In this document: positions 8,679 through 16,319 of the stretch, piece by piece | How the letters are laid out: each line of letters opens with the position of its first letter | Position numbering within the stretch: position 1 is the first letter of the stretch | Assembly (NCBI GenBank): GCA_021324115.1 | Contig: JAJPJS010000022.1 | Location: 35,370 to 59,369 of the forward strand | Direction of reading: 5' to 3' | DNA from: Nitrososphaerota archaeon | Lineage (GTDB): Archaea > Thermoproteota > Nitrososphaeria > Conexivisphaerales > DTJL01 | Length of the DNA stretch: 24,000 bases | Made by a program: the position numbers and the translations under genes | The notes under the pieces: generated by a model | The model's input: only the letters and a program-made list of their open reading frames with translations | The model's database searches: none | What the model was told of the DNA's origin: nothing

Positions 8679-9506
8679 TTGAAGTACGTTAAGCTGATGA
8701 TGGGCACAAGTGGATGGAGCTATGATGAATGGGTCGGGCCATTCTATCCATCAAAGGAAACTCCAAAGCTGACCTACTACTCGGGAGTATTCAACACGGT
8801 GGAGGTGGACAGCAGCTTCTACGCTATGCCAAATCCAAAGGTTGTATTTGGTTGGGTAAAGCATACGCCCACGAACTTCAAATTCAGTCTGAAGCTTCCC
8901 AAAACTATCACCCATGATATGAAGCTGGTGGGGGATGGTGTCGAAGTGGAGCTCAGAAAATTTTTTGAAGTGGTTTCACCGCTTGTCTCTGCAAATAAAA
9001 TAGGAGTCGTTCTTGCGCAGCTTCCACCCAGCCTCAAACAGGACCTCGATCTTTTGGAAAGGTTCCTGAACCTGCTCCCGAAGGAAGGGGTCAGATTTGC
9101 GATTGAATTTAGACACCTATCCTGGTGGAACAGAGATACTTGGCGGGTGTTGAAGAAGGCGAATGTTGCGAACACTATAGTGGATGAACCCCTGCTGCCG
9201 CCCGAGCTCGTGGTTACTGCTCCTTTTGCTTATGTCAGGTGGCATGGGAGGGGGGAAAGGGTCTGGTACGACTACAGGTACTCCGAGAATGAAATTCGAA
9301 CCTGGGCAAAACAGCTCGGGAAAATCCGGTCAAGTGAGGTCTACGGGTACTGGAACAACCATTTCCATGCGAATGCGGTTATGAACTGCCTTGAGATGCT
9401 GGAAGCGGTGGGCGCGATAGGTCCCCACCAGAAGGATGTGCTACAGTCAATAAAACAAAACATGCGGCCCCGTAAGACCTTGTTTGATTTTCAGGGTTCA
9501 TCCTAG
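8679..9506 (+). CDS. DUF72 (UPF0759) family protein, paralog B
   Basis: MMGTSGWSYDEWVGPFYP...FNTVEVDSSFY...YVRWHGR, the DUF72 signature. The likely true start is ATG 8697 or 8700. Confidence 0.8.
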   Translation: MKYVKLMMGTSGWSYDEWVGPFYPSKETPKLTYYSGVFNTVEVDSSFYAMPNPKVVFGWVKHTPTNFKFSLKLPKTITHDMKLVGDGVEVELRKFFEVVSPLVSANKIGVVLAQLPPSLKQDLDLLERFLNLLPKEGVRFAIEFRHLSWWNRDTWRVLKKANVANTIVDEPLLPPELVVTAPFAYVRWHGRGERVWYDYRYSENEIRTWAKQLGKIRSSEVYGYWNNHFHANAVMNCLEMLEAVGAIGPHQKDVLQSIKQNMRPRKTLFDFQGSS

Positions 9507-9546
9507 TTAATAAGCCACTTTATTCCCGGAGGCTGTCGCGAAGTCC

Positions 9547-11196
9547 TTGGCTAAATGGATCGTTTGTGCTGCCTGGCCCTACCTCGATGGGCGACCTCAT
9601 CTAGGCACCTTCATGCAGCTTCTTTCGGCTGATGTATATGCTCGGTACCTGAGATTGATGGGTGATGAAGTCGTATCTGTTTCGGGTTCTGACGTTCACG
9701 GCACCCCTATCGAAGTGGAGGCGCTGAAATCCAAGACCACGCCTCGGGACCTAGCAGAGAAGTATCACAGGCAGATGGTTGACTTCCTGAACAGATTCCT
9801 CGTGGAGCTGGACAATTACACGCAAACCGAGTCGCCGGTGCACGTAAAATTTGTCCAGGACTTCTACACCAGGCTCTATGAAAATGGATTCGTCTACTCG
9901 AAGAAGATATGGCAGCTGTACTGCGAGCGGGACAGGATGTTTCTGCCGGACCGTTTCGTGGAGGGGACATGCCCATACTGTGGCAAGGAAGGGGCCAGAG
10001 GTGACCAGTGTGACAATTGCGGCAGACTGCTCGAGCCGCTGGACCTGGTGTCACCGAAATGTGTGATCTGCGGTCTACCCCCGGTCACGAAGGAATCAGA
10101 ACACTGGTTTTTCGACCTGCCACGCCTTTCTGAACGGCTGAAAAGATACATACAGGACAGCGTCGAGTTTCCGGAAAACGCAAGGAATTTTTCCCTGACG
10201 TGGCTAAAGGAAGGGCTCAAACCTCGTACCTTAACCAGAGACAACAGATGGGGGATACCTGCGCCGTTTCCGGGGTCCGAGGGAAAGACGATATATGTCT
10301 GGATGGAGGCAGTCCTCGGCTACCTTTCTGCCGTCAAGGAGCTGGGCCAGAAAAGGAATGATGACGGGCTTTTTGAAAGGTTCTGGAAGGACGCTAGCAC
10401 AAAGAGCGTTTACTTCATCGGCAAGGACAACATCCCATTTCATACAATAATACTTCCTGGCCTTCTCATGGCGTCCGAAGAAAAGTATGTCCTCCCGACA
10501 CAGGTCTCATCCACAGAGTTCATACTTTTTGAGGGAAAGAAGTTCTCCAAGAGCAAGGGGATCGGAGTCTGGCTTGAAGATGCCGTGAAGGTGGGAGAAC
10601 CGGAGTACTGGAGGTTCGCGCTGATGTACTTCCGGCCGGAGTCCAGGGACTCCAACTTCAGCTGGGTGGAATTCGAAAGAGCCGTCAACAGCGAGATGAA
10701 TGATGTTCTCGGAAATTTCATTCACAGAGTCCTTACGTTTGTCAAGAGGTTCTTTGAGCTGACGGTGCCGGACCCTGGTGAGCTTGATGATGATTCCAAG
10801 GCGTTGCTTCGTGTACTGGCTGAGTCTTGGCAAAGGTACACATCTGATATGAATTCTTTCGCGATAAAGGATGCCGTTAGAGATGCTCTCGACTTGGCGA
10901 GAAGGGGCAACGAATACGTATCGTCACGGGAGCCGTGGGAGAAGATAAGAAAGAATGATGTAGCTTCCGCAGCCCAGACCGTGTATGTAGGGGTGCAACT
11001 TGTTCATACCCTTAGCCTTATGATATATCCATTTCTTCCGAGATCGTCTCTGAAAGTGTGGGAAACGCTCGGATTGAACGGGGACCCGGTCTCAGGGGGT
11101 GCCGGTGGTGGCGGAACGGCGGCGATAAGACCCGGTCATAAGATACTCCCTCCTTCCCCACTGTTCACCAAGGTGAAGGTGGGCGGCACAGGTTAA
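9547..11196 (+). CDS. metG: Methionyl-tRNA synthetase
   Basis: Class I HIGH-type motif (PHLGT), KMSKS-type motif (KFSKSKG), and zinc knuckles CPYCG...CDNCG and CVICG. TTG start. No C-terminal tRNA-binding appendage. Confidence 0.93.
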   Translation: MAKWIVCAAWPYLDGRPHLGTFMQLLSADVYARYLRLMGDEVVSVSGSDVHGTPIEVEALKSKTTPRDLAEKYHRQMVDFLNRFLVELDNYTQTESPVHVKFVQDFYTRLYENGFVYSKKIWQLYCERDRMFLPDRFVEGTCPYCGKEGARGDQCDNCGRLLEPLDLVSPKCVICGLPPVTKESEHWFFDLPRLSERLKRYIQDSVEFPENARNFSLTWLKEGLKPRTLTRDNRWGIPAPFPGSEGKTIYVWMEAVLGYLSAVKELGQKRNDDGLFERFWKDASTKSVYFIGKDNIPFHTIILPGLLMASEEKYVLPTQVSSTEFILFEGKKFSKSKGIGVWLEDAVKVGEPEYWRFALMYFRPESRDSNFSWVEFERAVNSEMNDVLGNFIHRVLTFVKRFFELTVPDPGELDDDSKALLRVLAESWQRYTSDMNSFAIKDAVRDALDLARRGNEYVSSREPWEKIRKNDVASAAQTVYVGVQLVHTLSLMIYPFLPRSSLKVWETLGLNGDPVSGGAGGGGTAAIRPGHKILPPSPLFTKVKVGGTG

Positions 11197-11624
11197 GTAC
11201 TGTAAAGACTGTCATTCGGTTCAAGCATCGCATCCTCAACCATTATGTGAGCATCATAGAATAAAGCCAGGGCAATGGCATCGGACGCCCTGTAACCGTC
11301 AAGGATCAGGCTGTCCTTTTTGCCGGTAAAATACATGTCCCCTCGAAGTGCAGAACCGCTCATGTAAACCTCAACCTTCTCAAGGTGGATACCCAGATGT
11401 TCAGCCAGCTCTTCCACCACGTTGTAAATGGATGGCAGCGAGGACCTGTCCCCTCGTATGAATCGTGACATGTGAAGCGCGACTTCGCCAGAGAACGACC
11501 TCATCGAAAATTTCCTGCCCTCCTTCGACTCCAAGGTGAGGGCCCCCTCAAGACCCTTATCATCTATGAAGCCTACCTGAACCACCCGTGCCTCGACGTA
11601 TCTGCCGGATGAGCCGCTCTGCAC
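11193..11624 (-). CDS. Bifunctional nuclease family protein (DUF151/BFN)
   Basis: 143 aa. The pattern ...SMRSFSGEVALHM... and RASDAIALALFYDAHIMV matches the DUF151 fold family. GTG start. Confidence 0.7.
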   Translation of the reverse strand: MQSGSSGRYVEARVVQVGFIDDKGLEGALTLESKEGRKFSMRSFSGEVALHMSRFIRGDRSSLPSIYNVVEELAEHLGIHLEKVEVYMSGSALRGDMYFTGKKDSLILDGYRASDAIALALFYDAHIMVEDAMLEPNDSLYST

Positions 11625-11644
11625 GAGAAATTTGATTTCAATCT

Positions 11645-11653
11645 AAAATATAA
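11645..11653 (-). promoter_or_regulatory. TATA-like box for the DUF151 gene
   Basis: AAAATATAA lies about 25 nt upstream of the GTG start at 11624. This spacing is consistent with a leaderless transcript. Confidence 0.35.
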
Positions 11654-11687
11654 GTTTGTTCCGCTTTCTGCAGAAATGGGAATATGC

Positions 11688-11693
11688 TTTTAA
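11688..11693 (+). promoter_or_regulatory. TATA-like box for trxB
   Basis: TTTTAA lies 25-30 nt upstream of the trxB ATG at 11718. Confidence 0.3.
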
Positions 11694-11717
11694 CATCCCC
11701 ACGGAACGAGGCTTCAC

Positions 11718-12716
11718 ATGGCTTTAAGGGAACATGTGCCCATCATAATTCTGGGAAGCGGCCCCGCGGGGCTTACGGCTTCGATCTATGCGGCGAGGGC
11801 CGGTTATTCGCCGTTGGTGATCGGGGGCTTCGAAGCCGGTGGCCAGCTGATGCTGACTACGATGGTGGAGAATTTTCCAGGATTCGTGCAGGGAATAATG
11901 GGGCCTGAGCTTATGCAGAACATGAGGAAGCAGGCAGAGCTGGCAGGTGCACGTATAATAGATGACAATGCAACGGCCGTGGACTTCAGAGTGCGGCCCT
12001 TCAAGGTCACGGTCGGTGAAAATAGCTACACTGCGGATTCTGTCATCATAGCGACTGGCGCTTCTGCGAAATGGCTCGGCCTAGAATCTGAAACAAGATT
12101 GAAGGGAAGGGGTGTCTCCTCATGCGCCGTATGTGATGGTGCTTTCTTCAAGAATCAGGATGTGGTGCTTGTGGGAGGAGGGGACGCCGCCATGGAGGAC
12201 GCGATTTATCTGTCAAAGATATGCAGAACTGTCACGGTGGTCCACCGCAGGGATAAGCTCAGGGCCAGCGCGGTAATGCAGGCAAGAGCGTTTGCCCGCC
12301 CGAACATCAGGTTCGTCTGGGACAGTTTGGTCACGGAAGTGATTGGCGACAAGAAGGTTCAAGCCGTCAGGATAAAGAATCTGAAGAGCGGAAGTTCCGA
12401 TACTTTGCCCTGCGCAGCACTGTTCATAGCAATTGGCCACACACCTAATACAGAGATATTCAGAGGACAGCTTGATATTCTGGAAACAGGATACCTCAAG
12501 GTCAGAAATGAAACACTCACCAGCGTGGAAGGTGTTTTCGCGGCGGGCGATGTGGCGGATCATATCTACAGGCAGGCTGTGACCGCTGCCGGACTGGGGG
12601 CAAGAGCGGCACTGGATGCTGTAAGGTATCTTGAATCCAGGGCTACACAGACCCCGGCCGTCCAAAAGGCGATCCTGACAGAGACTAGGGCCGATCCGCC
12701 CCAAGATAGGCCGTAA
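11718..12716 (+). CDS. trxB: Thioredoxin reductase (low-Mr type)
   Basis: FAD motif ILGSGPAGLTASIYAARAG, redox-active CAVCDG, NAD(P)H motif VGGGDAAMEDA, and GVFAAGDV. Confidence 0.92.
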   Translation: MALREHVPIIILGSGPAGLTASIYAARAGYSPLVIGGFEAGGQLMLTTMVENFPGFVQGIMGPELMQNMRKQAELAGARIIDDNATAVDFRVRPFKVTVGENSYTADSVIIATGASAKWLGLESETRLKGRGVSSCAVCDGAFFKNQDVVLVGGGDAAMEDAIYLSKICRTVTVVHRRDKLRASAVMQARAFARPNIRFVWDSLVTEVIGDKKVQAVRIKNLKSGSSDTLPCAALFIAIGHTPNTEIFRGQLDILETGYLKVRNETLTSVEGVFAAGDVADHIYRQAVTAAGLGARAALDAVRYLESRATQTPAVQKAILTETRADPPQDRP

Positions 12717-13812
12717 GTGGTTTCTGCCCTCCCTGATTCACAAGTGAGGAAACGGTTAGTCCGATCCTTCGTGCGACCACATCCCCGTTGGAGCCGAAGA
12801 ATTCTTCGGCAAGAGCCTTCGCAACAGAGACTGCAGATATACCATCTGTTTCAGCCACCTTGAGCGTTCTGCTGCGGGTATGCTGCTTCAGATCGGTGTC
12901 CACAAGAACGAAGGTGACAGTTTTGTATGCAAGGTTATTTGCTGTGAGCTCCCTGGATATATCCTCGGCCATTCTGGTAAGGGGTTCGACAAGGGCTGCC
13001 GGGTCACGCGTATTTTCCTTGAGGGTAACCATCCTCCCTATCTGCTCCCGGGCGTGCTCGACAAGAGGTTCGTCGTCAATCCCCTTGGAGGCCAAGGAGA
13101 AATAGAGTCCGAGCTTGGGGCCGAACTCCGTCTGAAGTGTCTGGAGAGGGGTGTTGGCGAGTTCCCCGATCTTTGAGACTCCGATTTCCCTCAATCTTGC
13201 AGCAGTTTTGCTGCCCACACCATAGAGCGCATCGACTGGCTTATCCGAAAGAAAGCTCTGAACCTCTTCCGGCCTGACTAATTTCAGGCCGCCGGGTTTG
13301 GCCGCGTCGCACGCCATTTTTGCGATGAGTCTGTTCGGTCCAATCCCCACACTGCATATTATCTTTGTTTCCCTGAAGATTCTTTGCTTTATTTCATTGC
13401 CCAGCCTTTCAGCATTCGAAAAGCTTCCTTCTGTCCTGCGAGAAACATCAATGAAGGCCTCATCGATGCTTGCCTGCAAGAATACGTTAGAATATTCTTT
13501 GATGATATTCATGATATCGGATGAAACTTTCTCATAATAATCGAAGTCCGCCTTGGCAAACAGAGAATCTAACCCGTTCAGTAACGAGCGTGCCCTTGCA
13601 AGAGGGATACCGGACTTTACACCATGATTCCTGGCTGGATAGTTCGAAGTGGCCACAGCCCCAGAAATGTCCGTTCGCCCAGAATACATCCCGACAACTA
13701 TGGGCTTGCCGGCGTACGAAGGGTTTCTGAGTTCTTCACACTGCGCATAGAAGTAATCCATGTCAACGGCGATTATGATTCTCTGAGGCTGGGTCGGGAT
13801 CATGATTGTCAT
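12685..13812 (-). CDS. dpo4: Y-family DNA polymerase IV (Dpo4/Dbh type)
   Basis: IIAVDMDYFYAQCEELRNP...KPIVVG...SIDEAFIDV...GIGPNRLIAKMA, the canonical DinB/Dpo4 blocks. Confidence 0.92.
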   Translation of the reverse strand: MTIMIPTQPQRIIIAVDMDYFYAQCEELRNPSYAGKPIVVGMYSGRTDISGAVATSNYPARNHGVKSGIPLARARSLLNGLDSLFAKADFDYYEKVSSDIMNIIKEYSNVFLQASIDEAFIDVSRRTEGSFSNAERLGNEIKQRIFRETKIICSVGIGPNRLIAKMACDAAKPGGLKLVRPEEVQSFLSDKPVDALYGVGSKTAARLREIGVSKIGELANTPLQTLQTEFGPKLGLYFSLASKGIDDEPLVEHAREQIGRMVTLKENTRDPAALVEPLTRMAEDISRELTANNLAYKTVTFVLVDTDLKQHTRSRTLKVAETDGISAVSVAKALAEEFFGSNGDVVARRIGLTVSSLVNQGGQKPLTAYLGADRP

Positions 13813-13893
13813 TCACCTGAATCCAATGTTCTTTGAGTATGCTCCGGAATCAATCCGACGCGACTCATTGGCTATCCGTTATAAGGCATCTTG

Positions 13894-13900
13894 TATATAT
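13894..13900 (+). promoter_or_regulatory. TATA box for tRNA-Leu
   Basis: TATATAT lies 26-32 nt upstream of the tRNA 5' end (13926). Confidence 0.4.
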
Positions 13901-13925
13901 GAATCCATCCGTCAAAGCATGCCCT

Positions 13926-14029
13926 GCGGGGGTCGCCCAGCCTGGTCAAAGGCGTGAGTGCAAAAGGCCACGATGCTTAGGACCTCATCCCGTAGGGGTT
14001 CGTGGGTTCGAATCCCACCCCCCGCACCA
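13926..14029 (+). tRNA. tRNA-Leu (anticodon UAG), class II, genomically encoded CCA, 16-nt intron
   Basis: Acceptor stem GCGGGGG/CCCCCGC, discriminator A73 and CCA. D-loop AGCCTGGTCAA. T-arm GTGGG-TTCGAAT-CCCAC. Long variable arm CCCGTAGGGG. After removal of 13959-13974 the anticodon arm is TGAGG-CTTAGGA-CCTCA. The mature length is 88 nt. Confidence 0.85.
13959..13974 (+). other. tRNA intron (16 nt) at non-canonical position 30/31 with a bulge-helix-bulge motif
   Basis: Central helix CGTG (13953-56)/CACG (13969-72) flanked by 3-nt bulges AGT (13957-59) and ATG (13973-75). Outer helix AGG/CTT and inner helix GC/GC. Cuts after the second bulge nucleotide give the junction needed for the cloverleaf. 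Confidence 0.6.
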
Positions 14030-14036
14030 TATGCCA

Positions 14037-14048
14037 TGGGTTCGAATC
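14037..14048 (+). repeat. 12-nt direct copy of the tRNA-Leu T-arm (tgggttcgaatc)
   Basis: It is identical to 14003-14014 and lies 34 nt downstream. It may be an att-site vestige. Confidence 0.3.
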
Positions 14049-14300
14049 GTATCCAAGAAATCTACTCGTCTCTTAAAAGGAAGGAAATCCACGTATAATA
14101 TGAGCTCTAAAAAACCGATAAATGACTGCGATATTACGTTTCAAATGCTTTTCGACTGCCTAAGAATCAGGGAATTGAGCGGCCGAGAAACAGCACAATT
14201 GCCTGTGCCATGATTCGCCTCTTCGATACTTGGTACTGAGGCAACAAAGCTTGGAAAATTGATTTTATTTTACATACTAGCATTATATCAAGAAGTCATT

Positions 14301-14417
14301 TCACCTAATGAAATCAGCAGTAATCCGCGAACCTCTCACAATGTTGTGGTACCAATTCCTGATGTCGAGGTCATTCATCAACCGGGAATACTTCGGCTTG
14401 ACCCTCCTTTCCAGCAT
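14301..14417 (-). pseudogene. Possible tyrosine-recombinase (integrase) N-terminal fragment
   Basis: My translation is MLERRVKPKYSRLMNDLDIRNWYHNIVRGSRITADFIR*. The W-Y-x-N-x-x-R-G-S-x-x-T-A pattern resembles the N-terminal SAM-like region of archaeal integrases as I recall it. It reads toward the adjacent tRNA. No catalytic C-terminal part is present. Confidence 0.35.
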
Positions 14418-14504
14418 GTGCTCCCTTCTGCGAAGAAATGGAGCTTCGTGTCTTTTAACGTGTTAGAGTTCGATATCACACGATTACGAATCTTACCGGG
14501 CTCG

Positions 14505-14873
14505 CTACATCCAGATTTTCTTTACTTCGGTGAAGTGTGGATCGTCGGTAACGCAAGTGAGATTAAATCGTTTCGCAGTTGCCATTATCAAGGAGTCCGC
14601 TATCGGAATTCTTAACCGATGACTGATTTCTGCGCCTTCTTCAGCAATCTCCGAGTTCACGTCTATCATGTCAAAGTCACGAGTTATTGTATCTACGCGC
14701 ATCTTTGCGACTGTTTTGCCCTCATTTGTGAGGGTCTGTTTGTAAACTTCATAGACCGTGATCTATGAAGCGTAAGCTGTCTTCGCTTTGTTATAGAGCG
14801 ACTTCGGCTTCGCTGTGGTTTCGGCATCCCGGGATGTGAAGACGGCCCAAAAGTAGCGTGTTTCGAACAGCAT
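14505..14873 (-). pseudogene. vapC: PIN-domain toxin VapC interrupted by an in-frame TAG
   Basis: ATG at 14871-14873 overlaps the vapB stop (TGATG). The single frame reads MLFETRYFWAVFTSRDAETTAKPKSLYNKAKTAYAS*ITVYEVYKQ...IPIADSLIMATAKRFNLTCVTDDPHF, with PIN acidic residues in the expected order. The amber codon is at 14763-14765. Confidence 0.7.
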
Positions 14874-15136
14874 CAATCCTCTTCCCTCATTTTGTCGAGT
14901 CGCTTAAAAGCCTCCTCCCTAGAAAGCTCAGATGTACCTGCCAAGTCAAATAGGGATTGGACCTTGGAGAAAATCACCCTATTCCCCTCAACCTCTACCC
15001 TCAGCTTGGACCCCTCTTCAATCCCTAGCTTTCTCCTAACTTCAGTGGGTATCGTCGTCTGGCCGCGCCTCGTCACCACGACCTCCTTGGTCATAAGGAA
15101 ATTATCTTCGATCCTGTTATTAAAGCGCTCGTACAT
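14873..15136 (-). CDS. vapB: AbrB/SpoVT-family antitoxin VapB
   Basis: VVTRRGQTTIPTEVRRKLGIEEGSKLRVEVEGNRVIF, the swapped-hairpin AbrB motif. The likely true start is the ATG at 15094 (MTKEVVV). Confidence 0.8.
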   Translation of the reverse strand: MYERFNNRIEDNFLMTKEVVVTRRGQTTIPTEVRRKLGIEEGSKLRVEVEGNRVIFSKVQSLFDLAGTSELSREEAFKRLDKMREED

Positions 15137-15894
15137 TTGGCGAAGTCCTACGACCGGCCGAATCCTACCGAGTAATAGTTGTTTTCATACAATCGAAGCT
15201 GGCCTAGTGCTTTTTGATCAGGCGGAATCTACCTTGCGAAACCCGGTCGAGAGTCGATCCCACTGGGTCCGAACCCAGTTTTTCATTATGAATTGCTTAC
15301 AAGAGGTTAATTCGCGAATCCCACCTCCGACCCAATTTGCCAACAAGTATCAAAAGTAAAAGATGTAGCAATTATTTATGGTGTCTGCCGCTTCCATTAT
15401 TGAACATAGAGAAGCATAGGAAAAGTTTCCGCACGGGACTCATGATTGGGAAGGTAACCTGTGCGGCCAACCGTTTGCCGTGAGTGCGATGCCTCCTGTC
15501 AGCAGATGAGGAATGAATATCTGTACACCGGCAGCAGGCATGGTGCCGTCGGAGTGGGTTGGACCGATGCTACCAGCGCTACAAATAAGACCGTCGTATA
15601 CGACAATACACGTTCTTAGAAACTGATAAGCAGAGGAAGATAGACGTATGGAGGACTAAAGTTAAGTCCAGAAAGCAGATGTAATGAGATTAATCTGGGA
15701 AGACAAGTCATAAAGGTCCCTGGATCAGACTATGTCCTTCATAATGAGGAGGATTATGGGGGATAATATAAGATCAGCAAGGACAAAGACTCAGAATATT
15801 GAAACGAGGTTAAAAGTAATAGCGTGCGACGCATAAGAATTGCGAGTCTGGCTTACCATTCGTTGTAGGGTTTCTACAGGGTCCGAATTTAGAA

Positions 15895-15918
15895 ACATAT
15901 TAATATATGTAAATACAT
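15895..15918 (+). promoter_or_regulatory. AT-rich promoter/operator candidate upstream of arsR
   Basis: Two overlapping dyads, ACATAT-TAAT-ATATGT (15895-15910) and ATGTA-AA-TACAT (15907-15918), lie 10-30 nt upstream of the arsR start codons. Confidence 0.35.
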
Positions 15919-15925
15919 AGCATGT

Positions 15926-16315
15926 TTGATGCGAATGAGTAAGTCCAAGTATGCGGGTTCTCTGGACAGACTGATCGAACAGGGCATATGCACTCCTTCG
16001 GATATCCAGCAGGCAAGGGTCGAGGCTGAAAAGTTGGAGTCCCCTGAGCAAACCGCAAAGATCAGACAGGCAGAGAGACTCATGGGAGCAATAGGGGACT
16101 CCAACAGAATCAAAATCCTTCTACTCCTGTCCAAGCGGGAGATGTGTGTCTGTGAGCTCGAATCTGCGCTTGGGATGACCCAGCCAACCGCATCACATCA
16201 TCTGGGCATTCTGGAACTGGCTGGACTGGTGGAGAGGCGGAAAAGGGGAAGGTGGGTCTTTTACAAGGCTCTGGACTCGGTTACCCTGGAACTGTTACGA
16301 AAACTGGTCGCATAG
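15926..16315 (+). CDS. arsR: ArsR/SmtB-family metalloregulator
   Basis: NRIKILLLLSKREMCVCELESALGMTQPTASHHLGILELAGLV: wHTH with the CVCEL metalloid-binding motif. Alternative ATG starts lie at 15929 and 15935. Confidence 0.88.
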   Translation: MMRMSKSKYAGSLDRLIEQGICTPSDIQQARVEAEKLESPEQTAKIRQAERLMGAIGDSNRIKILLLLSKREMCVCELESALGMTQPTASHHLGILELAGLVERRKRGRWVFYKALDSVTLELLRKLVA

Positions 16316-16319
16316 CTGA

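Noticed and set aside
9707-10910. Multiple - strand and alternative-frame ORFs inside metG, and similarly 12213-12704 inside trxB and 12788-13836 inside dpo4.
   Set aside because: All are nested in genes with unambiguous family signatures. They are GC-rich-frame artefacts.
11100-11196. The Gly-rich C-terminal tail of MetRS (GGAGGGGTAA...) as a possible fused domain or frameshift.
   Set aside because: The frame is continuous to a normal stop, and the tail is short. It most likely represents a linker left in place of the absent tRNA-binding appendage, and sequence alone gives no evidence of anything more.
13833-14213. A 126-aa + strand ORF spanning the tRNA-Leu gene.
   Set aside because: It is read straight through a well-formed tRNA and its promoter. 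It has no protein-like motifs.
14763-14765. The in-frame TAG in vapC as a pyrrolysine codon. The archaeal context and cofE raised the idea of a Pyl-decoding lineage.
   Set aside because: TAG is used as an ordinary stop by several genes in this same window: priS at 1022-1024, nop10 at 3293-3295, DUF72-B at 9504-9506, arsR at 16313-16315 and the MFS gene. No Pyl machinery or methylamine methyltransferase context is visible.
15263-15283. The hairpin ctgggtccgaacccag as a tRNA T-arm or tRNA fragment (att remnant).
   Set aside because: The loop is 6 nt and lacks the TTCRANN T-loop consensus. I could not build a flanking acceptor or anticodon structure. It is kept only as a possible terminator-like hairpin in the gap finding.
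14259-15359. The + strand ORFs 14259-14615 (118 aa) and 14892-15359 (155 aa).
   Set aside because: They are antisense shadows of the integrase fragment/vapC and of vapB respectively. The opposite-strand products have clear family motifs, and these ORFs have none.
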